From Chiloscyllium plagiosum (taxonomy: Eukaryota): a stretch of DNA of 64,000 nt. A program made the position numbers and the translations under genes. Below are positions 1-12,965 of the stretch, piece by piece. The DNA is taken from the NCBI RefSeq assembly GCF_004010195.1, contig NC_057711.1:81357366-81421365 (forward strand), in the 5' to 3' direction. Every line of letters begins with the position of its first letter. Position 1 is the first letter of the stretch. Below the pieces are notes generated by a model, which made no database searches, was not told the origin of the DNA, and worked only from the letters and a program-made list of their open reading frames with translations.

Positions 1-29
1 GTTTGATATCCAGACGTTTCTTTTTACCC

Positions 30-138
30 CATATGGAGGATAGTGGGCTAGTGTAGGTTAGGTGGGCTTGGATCGGCGCAACATCGAGGGCCAAAGGGCC
101 TGTACTGCGCTGTATTTTTCTATGTTCTATGTTCTATA
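30..138 (+). mobile_element. CR1-type LINE/SINE 3' tail
   Basis: gggccaaagggcctgtactgcgctgta followed by (TTCTATG)n, the typical CR1-family 3' end. Confidence 0.7.
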
Positions 139-2080
139 ACTGCCAATCTCCAACACCATCCTATAACTCATCCGCTTTATCCTCGACCATAGTTTTACCT
201 TTGACAACCAGTTCTTCATCCAGACACATGGAACAACCATGGGGGCCAAATTTTCACCCCAATATGCCAATGTTTTCATGTATAGGTTTGAACAAGACTT
301 CTTCTCTATGCAGATCTCCAACCAACACTATACACTAGGAATATTGACAACATTTTTCTCCTCTGGACCCATGGCAAGGAGTCACTAAAACAACTACACA
401 GTGTTATTTTCGAATTTCATCCCACCATCAAACGCACTACAGACTACTCTCTTTATCTGTCTCATTCTGGGACACATGCATCTCCATCAAGGATGGGCAC
501 CTCAGCACCTCATTCTACTGCAAACCCACAGATAACCTCATAATGCTACACTTCCCCAGCTTCCACCCAAAACATATTATCCCCTATGGACAAGTCCTAC
601 GCGTACACCGGATCTGCTCAGATGAGGAGGAACGTGATAGGCACTTGGAAGTACTCAAGCATGTCCTCGAAAGAATGGTGTACGATGCTCAACTCATCGA
701 CCGCCAATTCTGACGTGCCACAGCAAGGAACCATAATGACCTCCTCAGGAGACAGACACGACTGCAACCAACAGGGTACCCTTTGTTGTCCAGTACATCC
801 CAGGAGCCGTAAAACTACGCCATGTTCTTCGCAGCCTGCAACACATTATCAATGAGGATGAGCACCTCGCCAAGACCTTCCCCACACCTCCACTTCTCAC
901 CTTTAAGCAACCACCAAACCTTAAACAAATCATTGTTCGCAGAAAACTGCCCAGCTTTCAGGACAACTCCATACAGCCTTGTCACGGTAGGCGCTGCAAG
1001 ACGTGTCAGAGTGTCGACACGACAACCGCCATTACACGTGGAGACACCACCCACCATGTACGTGGCAGATACTCATGTGACTCAGTCAACATTGTCTATC
1101 TCATACGCTACAGGCAAGGATGCAATATTGGTGAGACCGAGCAGAGGCTATGGCAACGGATGAATGGACACTGCACAACAATCAACAGACAGGAGTGTTC
1201 CCTCCCAGTTGAACACTTCAGCGGTCAGGGACATTTGACCTTGGACCTTCAGGTGACCATCCTCCAAGGCGGACTTCAGAACAGGCACCAACGCAAAGTG
1301 GCCACGCAGCGGATGATAGCCAAATTCGATACCCATAGAGGCTATGGCAACGGATGAATGGACACTGCACAACAATCAACAGACAGGAGTGTTCCCTCCC
1401 AGTTGGAGAACACTTCAGCGGTCAGGGACATTTGACCTTGGACCTTCAGGTGACCGTCCTCCAAGGCGGACTTCAGAACTGGCACCAACGCAAAGTGGCC
1501 ACGCAGCGGATGATAGCCAAATTCGATACCCATGGGGATGGCCTCAACTGAGACCTTGCATTCATGACACACTACAGGTGACCTCACTACACTGTACACA
1601 CACACATATAAAAGTTTGTGGAGTGAATTTGTACTTACAGAATTACATTTTATTTTGCTCAAAAACTGCATGCATCCATGTAAGATTTTGTAAATCCCTT
1701 TTTTAGATTAGTATCAGTCTGAACATTGGGACACAGACAGTCGCACACAGGGCACCTCACACCTTCAATGCATTATCTAGGCCAACACGGCACCTATTGT
1801 TAAAGTTCACTTGAGAATGTAACTTTAAGTAAGTTCGGAGATTTAGATATGAAAGAACTGAAACCAACATGCCTATTCTAAAAGATGAGAGACTTAACAA
1901 ACAATCCAGGTCTTCTTCAATATATAATTTCAGTGACAACGCACTGTAAACATTGGCTATAAATTCTGTGTCATACAATCTTATACTCCGCAACCACCTG
2001 ATGAAGCAGCAGTGCTCGAAAAGCTAGTGCTTCCAAATAAATCTGTTGAACTGTAACCTGGTGTTGTCTGATTTTTAACT
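139..2080 (+). mobile_element. Penelope-like retroelement, decayed (RT, GIY-YIG endonuclease, pseudo-LTR)
   Basis: Frameshifted RT motifs QTHGTTMGAKFSPQYANVFM and RNIDNIF (YIDD-like); GIY-YIG segment IGETEQRLWQRMNGH...EHFSGQGH; 3' pseudo-LTR with a hammerhead-like core at ~1998-2026. Confidence 0.85.
1143..1533 (+). repeat. tandem duplication (194 + 197 bp) inside the Penelope endonuclease region
   Basis: agaggctatggcaacggatg...ttcgatacccat occurs at 1143-1336 and again at 1337-1533. Confidence 0.95.
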
Positions 2081-2530
2081 GAGTCTGCTCTGTCATTCAA
2101 TAGCATTTACTCACATACACTTTCCTGTCCTTTCTCTGTAACATTTGACTCTCACATTGATCAAGAATCTGTCCATCTCAGTCTTAAATATAACAAAGAC
2201 TCTGCCCCAACATCTCTCTGTAGTCAGGAGTTCAAAGACTCCAGTGAGTAAACTCCATCTTTTTAACCTTTGCTCATAAGACAATCTCTCCATACCAGGG
2301 ATCAGCCTAGTGAACCTTCTCTGAACTGCCCCCAATGAAATGACATATTTCCTTTGAAAAGGGGACCAAAATTGCTTACAGTACTCCACATATGGTCTCA
2401 CCAGCACCTTGTACAGTTACATTAAGACTTCCCTACTCCTATACTCCAAACCCTTTGAAATAAGGACCAATATTTTATTAGTCTTTCGGTTTTCCTGCTG
2501 CACCTGTGTTTCATGTATAGGTTTCATGGT

Positions 2531-2830
2531 GGGCGGCACGGTGGCACAGTGGTTAGCACTGCTGCCTCACAGCGCCTGAGACCCGGGTTCAATTCCCGCC
2601 TCAGGCGACTGACTGTGTGGAGTTTGCACGTTCTCCCCGTGTCTGCGTGGGTTTCCTCCGGGTGCTCCGGTTTCCTCCCACAGTCCAAAAGATGTGCAGG
2701 TCAGGTGAATTGGCCATGCTAAATTGCCCGTAGTGTTAGGTAAGGGGTAAATGTAGAGGTATGGGTGGGTTGCGCTTCGACTTGTTGGGCCGAAGGGCCT
2801 GTTTCCAAGCTGTAATGTAATCTAATCTAA
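2531..2830 (+). mobile_element. tRNA-derived SINE (HE1/V-SINE-like)
   Basis: A box TGGCACAGTGG, B box GGTTCAATTCC, V-domain gggtttcctccgggtgctccggtttcctccc, CR1-like tail with (TAATC)n. Confidence 0.9.
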
Positions 2831-4454
2831 AGTACTCTCAAGTCCCTATTGTGTTGCATATTTCTTCAGTTTTTCTTCGTTGCAATAATATTCTGTTCTT
2901 TGTTCTCCCTTCCAAAATGAGCATTCATATTTCCCAAATTATAATCCATTTGCCAACTTTTTGCCCAATTACTTAACTTTTAATATCTCTCCGTAAATTG
3001 TTTTTATCACTCTCACAATCTGTCTTTCTAACTATTTTAGTGTCATCTACAAATTTAACTACAGTACTTTCACTTCCTTCCTCTAAGTCATTCCTATGTA
3101 TTGTAAACAGTTCCAGTTCCAGTACTGACATCTGGGGAAACCCACTGGTTATGGGTTGCCAACCTGAAAAAGAACTCTGTATTCCCACTTACTATTTCCT
3201 ACCCTTGAGCGAATTCTCTACCCATGTCAATATACCACCTCCAATATTGTGGACTCTTATATTATGGCTTAACCTTTTAAGAGGTATTTTGTCTAATGCC
3301 TTCTGGCAATCCAAAAATAATATAACTACAAGATCTCCTCCATCCACTCTGGTTGCGACTTTCTTGAAAAATTCTAATAAATTGGTTAGACAGAATTTTT
3401 CTTTTGTGAAGCCACACTGACTCTACTTGATTAGATTATGATTTTCAAATATTCTGTTATTACTTTCTTAATAATTGATTACAATACTTTTCCAACAATA
3501 GATGTTCTGTTAATGGACCTGTCGTTATCTGCATTTTTGTCTCCATCCCTTTCTGAAAAGTGGCATCGCATTAGCCGTTTTCCAATCCTCTGACTTTTCC
3601 AGACTCCAGTGATTTTTGGAAAACGACAACCAATCCATCTATTATCTTGGTAGTTCCCTCTTCCAGGACTGTAGGATATAAGCCATCAAGGCCGGAGGAC
3701 TTATTTGCTTTAGCTCCATTAGTTTGTCCATTACTACTTCTTTAGCAATGGTGATGGCACTGAATTTCTCCACCCGCCCGTATTCTTTAGTATTACTGAG
3801 ATGTTTAAAGTATCTTCCATCATAAAGACTGATGAAAATTTTCTGTTTAACACCTCTACCACTTCCTTCTTCCCCAAAACCATCTCCCCAGATTCATTTC
3901 AAAGGGGACTATTTTCACATTGACCTCTCTCTTTTTTGTACAATTAAATAAGCTCTTACTGTCAGTTTTTATATTCCACACTAGTTTACCTTTGTAGTTT
4001 ATTTTCACTGTCTTCATTATCTTTTTAGTCCTCCTTCACTGAATTCAGAATTCATCCTCATCTTCAGAACTATCCTTGACTTTGACCACCTTATATGCTT
4101 TTTCTTTCAACATAATACTCAACTTCCTTCGTTAGTGATGTATTGGGATCCTTACTGGGATGTATTTTGCCAAGAGTTATGAATTAAATGTCTGTCACTG
4201 GTTGCTCACTCTCTTTCTTGCTCATTTATACTCAATTCATTTCAGTTGATTCTTTCCTCATTTCATTATAATTCCCATTACTTAAGTTAAATACAGATGT
4301 TTCTGACCCGGGTTTCTTGCTCTTGAGCTGCACATTAATTTCTACCATGTTATGATCAATAATTCCTGGGGGATCTTTTGGTCATTTACTAAACCTGCCA
4401 CATTACCCATTAACAGATTCAAGATCACTTACTCCCTGGATGGCTCCATAACAT

Positions 4455-4736
4455 GGTACAAACAATGACTGCAGATGCTGGAAACCAGATTCTGGATTAG
4501 TGGTGCTGGAATAGGCACCACTAATCCAGTTCAGGCAGCATCCAAGGAGCTTCGAAATCGATGTTTCGGGCAAAAGCCCTTCATCAGGAATTCAGGACAT
4601 GGTTGAAGAGCTTCAGGGCAGAGGAAATGACCTGGGAGTTGCAGTGGGAGAGGGGCTCCCTGAGATTCTTGTAGAGAGAGGAGGAAAACTTCTTTAAGGC
4701 AGGCATCCTTGCAAGAGGATTCGCAGTAGGGTTAAA
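4455..4736 (-). mobile_element. short Penelope-derived insertion
   Basis: Pseudo-LTR sequence with a minus-strand hammerhead core at 4558-4587; 7-bp TSD ATAACAT at 4448-4454 and 4737-4743. Confidence 0.7.
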
Positions 4737-5323
4737 ATAACATATTGATTAACATAATCAAAGTCACCCATAATTATTGCTTTATTCTTTTTATATGTTC
4801 ACATTACTTGTTGATTTATAGCCCTTTCAACAGTATGGCTGCTGTTTGGGGACCTGTACACTACTCCTACCAATGTTGTTTTCCCCTCCGCCCAAATGGA
4901 CTCTACATCACCTGAGCCTAGACCATCTCTCAAAACTGTCCTCATTTCACCTCTTATTAATAGCGCTACCCCAACCAATCATTTTGTCCATATCTCCTTT
5001 GGAGTGTTGGCATCACTCTGCATATTCAGCCATCCAGCCAAATGAGCTAACCAATCCCCAGAAAGGTGGAAAGGTAGATTGACAAATAAGATCAATGGAG
5101 GTTGATTTGAACGTCTGTGAAATACTAGTTTGGCTTTAGCTGACATAATACATCCAGTTCTGGGTGTAGGAAGGAAATAAATCCCTTGGAGACATTGCAG
5201 ACATGGTTTATGAAGATAGTCCCATTGATGAAGGACTTTGGTTATAAAAATGGACTGGAGAAGTTGGGACTTTCTCTTGGAAGGGAAAGCTGAGCGATCC
5301 AGTTAAAGCATTCAAAATCATAA

Positions 5324-5522
5324 TTTGGAGATGCCGCTGTTGGACTGGGTGTACAAAGTTAAAAATCACACAACACCAGGTTATAGTCCAACAGGTTTAA
5401 TTGGAAGCACATTAGTTTTCGGAGCGACGCTCCTTCACCTGATGAAGGGGCATCGCTCCGAAAGCTAGTGTGCTTCCAATTAAACCTGTTGGACTATAAC
5501 CTGGTGTTGTGTGATTTTTAAC
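5324..5522. mobile_element. palindromic Penelope pseudo-LTR insertion
   Basis: ~80-bp inverted arms (aagttaaaaatcacacaacacc... / ...gtgtgatttttaactt); 13-bp TSD TTCAAAATCATAA at 5311-5323 and 5523-5535. Confidence 0.85.
5436..5470 (+). ncRNA. minimal type I hammerhead ribozyme motif
   Basis: cac-CTGATGA-a-ggggc-atc-gctcc-GAAA-gc-TA-gtg: conserved core, stem II, palindromic AGCT stem III, cac/gtg stem I. Confidence 0.7.
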
Positions 5523-6839
5523 TTCAAAATCATAAGAGGTCTGGTTAATTCAAACAGGGAGAAAATGTTCCCACTTGTGACAGGACTGAAACCAAAAGGG
5601 TACAGATTCAAGTAATTTGTAAAAGAATCAAAAGTAATCTTGGGAAAAATGTTTTCACATGCTGAGTCATTAAGTGCAATGCCTGAGAGTATGTTCGAGG
5701 CAGGTTTAGTTGAGGCATTCAGAGGAGGATTAGGTAGTTATTCCAAAAGGAAACACACACAGGCTTAGAGAGAAGGCAGGAAAATGGCATTAAGTGAGAT
5801 GCTCATTTGGAAAGCCAACATAGACTCAAAGAGCTGAATGGTCCCCTACTGCAGTGTAACAATTCTGTGATTCTGAGAATTCCAGCAGTTTCCTCTCAAT
5901 CACCTGGGGAGAGATAATTATACCCTCATTAATGAATATTAAGAGAGAAAAATACTATGAAATTGATGAAACTGGCAAAGTGGAAATCCCATAAACCTGA
6001 TAGCTAACATCCTGGTATTCGAAAAGAGATAATGAATGCAGTGGTTGTGATTTTCAAAAATGCTGTAGATTCGACAGTAGTCCAAATAGATTGCAATGTG
6101 CCCAATCAAACACCGCTACAATGACGATTTCAAAATGAAGGGAACAGATCAAACAGGAGACTATTGGCAGTCAGCCTGACATCAGTTATCAGGAAAACAC
6201 TGAAATTCATCAGTAAGAAAGTTGTAGCAGGAGGTTTTTTTCTGGATTCTGAAAAGACATTTGAAATTGTGCAATATGTAAGTTGTGGATAATATATTTG
6301 TGTGGTCTGAGAATTGTCTAAAAGAAAACAAGGGGAGGGGTTTAATTAGCTCGCTGTTCCTGCTGATGGAACCAAGAAAGGATACAACTTCCATTTTTGT
6401 CTCAGGAGCTGGTACCCACTCAAATCATTTGAAAGGATTGGCATATGAAAATATGTAAGTGTGTGGCAGGGGCAGGTTTTCTTTGATGAATAAAACTGCT
6501 AGTTGACAGTTAACAGATCCAAGTAGGCTATAAAAGTGCTATCTGAATAATCAACAGGTTACTACATTAAGACCATAGGTTCTACATCTATTTCCATTCA
6601 TTCTACAGTTTTGTCTAATTGGTTTGAAATAGCTCATAACCCTCAGTCTGCTCCCCTTTAAAAAAATCTAAACAGATCCTCCTTCAACAGTAAAATCTAT
6701 TCTGTTGGAAATCTATGCCCACAATCTGATGATGTCCAACCCTGCACAAATGTAATTCATAATGTCAGAGCAAAGACATAGAGTGGCCCTATGATTCAAC
6801 ATGGCTTCCCCACAGATTTTTCTCCTGGCTATAAGTGAA

Positions 6840-7420
6840 CAGTAGGAGGTGCTCTTCCAAAGAGATGACACAAGGTACCACCCGGCAGAGTAGGGCAGCC
6901 TGAAACAAAATCACAGATGAGATTAGCAACACTGTGATCGCACAAAATTATCAAAACAATACAGGAAATGTACTGATGACCACCTCAAATCTGCCTAGCT
7001 AAGTGTCACAGTGGCATGGGATAACCTCTCATGTTGACTATAGGCTATGTAATCATGGGAGTGCAAAGTTAGGCTTTAGAGAGTGATGATGCATGATCAG
7101 CCTCAATCAATCCAAACCATGTGACAGTTTGGCTTGATTAAGCAATTTGGTTATCAGTCAAGTTAATGTGATTGAGATGTGTAGTGATAAAGGGAACAAT
7201 TGGCATTCCAGTAGTCATTAAATCTCCACTTACTGCAGATAAACAGTCATATTTCAGAAATAAAGGTTGTAGATATGTAGAGTGATGTATGATCTCAAGA
7301 TCTACATGGCTTCTGAGGAAGGAGACCTCCAGATTACTGACCAATTGCTAATGGCGAGTCTGGAGTAGTAAGGCAGCAGAGTGAGAATAGATACAATCCA
7401 TTACTGCCATATGGACACGA
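6840..7420 (+). mobile_element. PIF/Harbinger Myb/SANT-like gene fossil
   Basis: Across stops and frameshifts reads EVLFQRDD...RAA*NKITDEIS...QYRKCTDDHLKSA, matching the trihelix pattern W..I...V...QCRKK.NDL. Confidence 0.55.
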
Positions 7421-8670
7421 AGGATCAGTTGAGAAATTGTGCTGTGCTTATAGACCTGTCTATGATCCATTAATATCTTTCTTTATGTTCTCCTCTGCAG
7501 ATGTCTACAATCAAACCAGAGGATGTACTGTCGCCTGCCTCTCTGTCATGTTTCTCCAGCTGATCAACATCCACGCATATCACGGAGGGATCAAATTTAG
7601 AATTCTGATTGAGTACAGCAAGCACAAATCCCAGTAGCTGTGACAACCAAGGTCCCATACACTCAGAGAACTGCTGAGGATTAGTCCCTCTGCTGAGCCC
7701 AATACTGATCATAACCACAACAAAGCTGAGGTTAGGCAAGTGTATGGCACAGATGCTAGAGGCTAGGTGTTGCTATGCATGGAGCATGGAGTAGTTGATA
7801 CACACTCTATATTCTTCCATGTCTTGGACAAATGAGTACTTGTTCTCATCCATGGAGCATCATGGACTGTCAGGTTGAGCAATCTATCCATATGTGCACT
7901 CTTCACTTTCACCATTGGCTCCATGTAGCAGTGGCAAGTGAGAGCAGAACAAGGCACCTTGACTTCTGTCCAGGAGTCCATTCCCTGCAGGGAAACTGAG
8001 AGATGTCATTGTGCAACCAGCCTATGACAGTATCCCAGGGACTTTCACTCAGGACATTCCCAGGGTGAATAACCTCTCCTCATTTCTTCTGTATTGGCTC
8101 ATTTTCTCTAACAGACATGGTTAGGGAGGTTGAAGTAAACTTTATGCAGGTCAACTCTTGTAGGATGGAGCCCTCAAGGATCTGGCTCTATAGTGATGTA
8201 TGACTGCAGTCATTTCATAAAATAGGACATCAGACTCAGCAACCTGCCTACAGCCACTGCTGAGATTGGATTTGCACCAAGACATAGGGCTGATCTTATA
8301 ACATCAACTGTAGCGAGGGTTGTGGTAGAATCACTGAGAAACCTGGCATGGCATATCTTAGCATTGGAAGCAGCTTGCTATCTTTTCTATGCATCTGATG
8401 AACAGCGAGATGGTTTTCTCAGTAGGTAACTTTAAGTCATCATTTAAGGAGGATTAAAGTTTGGTAACCACAATTTGCTTCATTATTACTTCTGTTCCTT
8501 TCTAGCCAAATGTACCAAGCAAGCTGGACCCTGAGAATTCTCAATACAGAAGTCAGATTTGGTATGTGGAGACTACAGATCACCACCAGTTCTAAATAAC
8601 AGACATGTTCGACAACATCTCAGAGCATCTTTCATGGGCACTGGCCACCCTCATCCCATGTCTCATATTT

Positions 8671-8951
8671 TAGATTAGATTACTTACAGTGTGGAAACAG
8701 ACCCTTCGGCCCAACAAGTCCACACCGCCCCGCCGAAGCGCAACCCACCCATACCCCTACATTTACCCCTTACCTAACACTATGGGCAATTTAGCATGGC
8801 CAATTCACCTGACCTGCACATCTTTGGACTGTGGGAGGAAACCGGAGCACCCGGAGGAAACCCACACAGTCAGTCGCCTGAGGCGGGAATTGAACCCGGG
8901 TCTCTGGCGCTGTGAGGCAGCAGTGCTAACCACTGTGCCACCGTGCCACCC
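8671..8951 (-). mobile_element. tRNA-derived SINE (HE1/V-SINE-like)
   Basis: Reverse complement of the 2531-2830 SINE with a small internal deletion. Confidence 0.9.
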
Positions 8952-9399
8952 ATAAATATTGGCCTGCAACTTGTGCTGGCCCTGATGAATCCCCATGACT
9001 CATCTCCAGTCCATTTATGGAACACTTCTGTGCTTCATTGTTGTACTTCAGGCTTCATCTGCAACTATAACTGTATTGCTGCAGCAAGGATGTTGTGCAC
9101 TCTGGGACATGGACCTAGCTCATAGACTGGACTAGGCTGCATCTCTGGGCTCTGTTTGTTGTGTCCACCTATATTTAGTTTACCTGGATACTCACAGAAT
9201 CCCTGCCTTGCATTGACTTACCATACTTTTTTAAGCTTTGCTCTCTCAGCCTAGGATACCAAGCTCATAGTACTGCTGTCTTGCCATGTCATTTAACACA
9301 AAGAGAAAGCCAGGAAATTTGTCATGGTTTTAGCAGGCCTCAGTCAGGTTAAGAGAGATAGCCTACACTCAAGGGTTTCCCAGCACAGTCAGTCAAGGT

Positions 9400-10000
9400 C
9401 AGCCTCTGATATCATTCCAGGGGATGATATTATCAGCTAGGGCATTCAGAGTCAGGATCCCCTCTTCAAAAAGGAATGAGGAGCCAAATGTCCACTCATC
9501 TTGAATTTTTATGCTCTAAGTGAGATGTCTACTGCCTGGAATGAAAAATGGGCAGGTATTAATGGTGATAAAATTGGGTAGCACAGCTTTTGATGCAAGC
9601 AGGACAGTGTCCCAAGTGAGTGAGCAGACAGAATGTATACAGGATTAGTGATGTCAGTATGACTGACAGTAAGTGAGTAGAGTGTGTTGGAGCATGACCC
9701 TTAGTGGAAGCTGGGTGTAGTCACAGAAAAGAAGTGAGTGTGAGATATTAAAGAGAAGATAATGGTACTTATGCTGGCAGAGTGGAGCAGGGTCAATGAC
9801 CTCCTTCCTACAGCTCTGGACACTCCTCCAGAAGACTACATAGACTGGGATCGCAAACTCAGACCAGGCTGCTGTGATTTGGTGCTGTGGGCTTCTCAGC
9901 TGGTCCTGGGGGAATAGGATGTACCGCCCATGCACCACCCTGAACAGCAGCATCTCCAGGTTCCTGCTCACAAAGCAGGTATCAAGTTGTCTATATCTGC
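9400..10000 (-). mobile_element. PIF/Harbinger Myb/SANT-like gene fossil
   Basis: ORF 9654-10271 contains FVSRNLEMLLFRV...ILFPQD...AAWSEFA...SVQSCRKEVID; second-exon-like remnant at ~9400-9536. Confidence 0.6.
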
Positions 10001-11475
10001 CATGCCCTGCACAAATGTCAGGAAACGTACAGGGCAGCACCAGACCAATGGTGTTTCTCCAGATACACAAAGCCTTTAAATTTGGTGCAGACACAAGAGA
10101 TACCTGTCTTTTGGTGGATATCTGCTGAGTGGGGAATTGTTTTGGAACGGAGCCTGAATCAGACCAGAGGGACTCAGTAGGCGTTGGGGAGATAGTTAGT
10201 GAGGTGCGTTTGCTAAAATCTAGTGAGAACCATGCTAGGTCATGTGGTGAGAAATCTTCCAAAGAACTCAACTCACCTCACACATTGCCAAAAATAAGTA
10301 AGATTCAGCCTACTTTGTAGGAAAATAAATCTCAAGTATAAAGTGGTGCCTCAGACGTCTTTATCAAATTCATTTAATGTAAATATTACTCAAATATTGT
10401 TTTCACTTCACTTATGTCTGCATCATTAACTTTTTAGGGTTCTCTATTATATGTAGCCTTAATGAGATTTTCCTAGATGAAGATCACACAGGTATGATTG
10501 AACTGCCTTATGTGAAATGAATAATCTGCAGTTACACAGCAGGTTCTAAGAGTTTAGTTATAGGCTGTTAATGTTCAGGAATTGGTTTGTTAGTCCTCCT
10601 GTGTAACAATCTTCCATAATGAGTGTATATAACAGATGTCCACTTGGCTTGCTATTCTAGATTCAGAGGTAACTCCTGTAGGAAAAGCTGGTAGATATTG
10701 GTGGAGAGCCTGACTATACACTCCTGTCCAGCGATGAAAAATGGAAGTTTGGGGGAGAATCTTGTGTAGATATTGCTTATAGTTCGATGTTCAGCAACTT
10801 CAAAAATTTGGCTTACCTGATCAAGCTCAGTGAGTATCAATTGTAAAGAGAATAATCACAAAAGAATTGAACAACTGAGTGGTGCACTGTCCTCTCTGAC
10901 CCCTACTCTACTTCTCTGTGCCCTGACATTACCTTCTATCATCACTTGATGCCTTCTTCCCCACAACCATCACACAACTTCAACCTTTGCACTCAATGGG
11001 AGTCCTGTTCTGCTGCTCCATACCTCCACCAAAACCCTGAAAACCCTCACCCCTGATTCTTTTTGCTGGTCCAGACCCTGCCTCTAGGCTACCATTCTTC
11101 TGTTCTCTCCCCTTGAGCCCCAAAGACACCAAAAACAACTGCTCAGCTCAACTGCACAAAACTGGAGCACACCACCTTTAAATGAATATAAACCACATGC
11201 CACAGGTCCCCAGGCACTGCCGACAAATCTTGATGTTCAAATTCCAAGCCATTTCAATAAAAAGAGCATTCATGCCATGTAAATATAGTACAAGTAAGAA
11301 CCCACCATAAAACAGCATTGGACCTGACTCCCTAATATGATGCCACAAAATTAATTTTTATTCTGAAATTGTAGTTGTGATTTCAACATTTCAGCTGACT
11401 TACTGACACACTCTGCCCTTTACCTATCACACCTTTATGAAATTCAACCCAGTAGGTAAGAATAGATTGATCATT

Positions 11476-12196
11476 TACAGGCTTGCAAATTTCTTGGCAT
11501 CCACCTGGCAGAGAATCTCACCTAGTTCCTCAACACCTGCTCCATAGCCAAGAAAGCCCAGTAGCATCTCTATTTTCTGTGCAGACTGAGGAAAGCCCAT
11601 CCTCACCAGATTCATTGGATTCATTGAAAGTACCCTGAGGTGCCGCATCACTGCCTGGTTTGGGAATTGCACTGTCTCTGACTGTAAGACCTTACCAACT
11701 GATAATGAGGACAGCTGAGAAGATTATCGGGGTCTCTCTCCCCTCCATTACAGACATTTACACCACGTGCTGCATCTGAAAGGCTAAGAGCATTGTGGAA
11801 GACCCCATACACCCCTAACTCAAACTCTTCTCCCTACTGCCATCTGGCAGAAGATTCCAGAGCATTTGGTCTGTCATGGTCAGACTGTGCAACAGTTTCT
11901 TCCCTTAAGCCATCGGGCTCTTTAACACTGTATGATTGGACTCTTTTATACCTGAAATTCTTTGGATGACTTCAAAATGCTGCTAGAACAATGTCTATTA
12001 ATTATCATTCTTCTATTACACTGTAATTTGCATATTTTGCACTTCTTATGCACTTTATTCCACCCTTTGTATGATCATGTAGTTTGTGCTGTCCATGTAG
12101 CATCCTGATCCTGGAGGAACACTGTCTCGTTTTTTACTGTGTCAGTTGTATATGATAGAAATGACAAGTAAAATCTCCTCTACTCTCTACTCTATT
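11476..12196 (+). mobile_element. Rex1/Babar-type LINE 3' fragment
   Basis: IESTLRCRITAWFGNC...AEKIIGVSL...LFSLLPSGRRF...RLCNSFFP, the Rex1-type C-terminus; (CTACT)n tail. Confidence 0.8.
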
Positions 12197-12364
12197 GCTA
12201 GCAAGGTGTTGGATCAGTGCTAGAAGTTTCAGTTTTTTAGAAGCTATATTAATGACTTAGGTCAGAAGAGATCAAATGCAACATGTGCAGGATTGGTGAC
12301 AGTACAAAGTTAAATAGGAAAGCAAGTGACAAAGAAGAAGTATAGAATCTGCAAAACAATGTAA

Positions 12365-12965
12365 GAAAGTGATTATACAGCATGGAAACAGACTCTTCGG
12401 TCCAACCAGTCCACGCTGACAATGTTCCCAAACTAAATTCGTCTACCTGCCTGCAATTGGCCCATCTCCCTCCAAATCTTTCCTATTCATGAACTTATCC
12501 AAATGTCTTTTAAACGCTGTAACTCTACCTGCATCCATCACTTTCTTTGGCAGTTCATTCCACACACAAGCCACATGCTGTCTAAAAACTCTGTCCTTTT
12601 TCAATCTTCCTCCTCTCACCTTAAAGGTATGCCCGCTAGTTTTGAATTCCCCCACCCAAGGGAAAAGATCCTTGACTTTCACCTTATCTATGCCCCTCAT
12701 GATTTTATAAACCTCTATAAAATCACCCCTCAACTTCTGACATTCCTGTGAAAAAAATCCCAGTCTTTCCAGACTATTTTTATATCTAAAACTCTCCATT
12801 CTCTGCAACATCCTGGTAAATGTTTTCTGAATCCTCTTCAGTTTAATAATATTCTTTATATAACTGGGCAACCAGAACTGTGCACAGTATTCCAGAAGAG
12901 GCCTCACTAATGTCCTATACAACCTCAGCTTGACATCCCAACTTCTATATTTAAACGTCTGAGCA
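12365..12965 (-). mobile_element. CR1 (HER1-like) LINE 3' fragment
   Basis: ORF 12443-12991 LYRTLVRPLLEYCAQFW...LRGDFIEVYKIMRG; CR1 3' UTR. Confidence 0.9.

Larger units (their letters stand above)
2100..5060 (-). mobile_element. old CR1 LINE (ORF2 remnants), interrupted by a SINE and a Penelope fragment
   Basis: Minus ORFs LVRPYVEYCKQFWSP...VQRRFTRLIPGMERLSYEQRL and VKFVDDTKI (FADD-like). Confidence 0.8.
5080..6420 (+). mobile_element. decayed CR1 fragments
   Basis: Degenerate CR1 ORF2 3' region and tail (gagctgaatggtcccctactgc...attctgtgattct), then an RT-upstream fragment. Confidence 0.6.

Noticed and set aside
2531..2600. tRNA gene
   Set aside because: The A and B boxes belong to a SINE head that continues into the SINE body and tail
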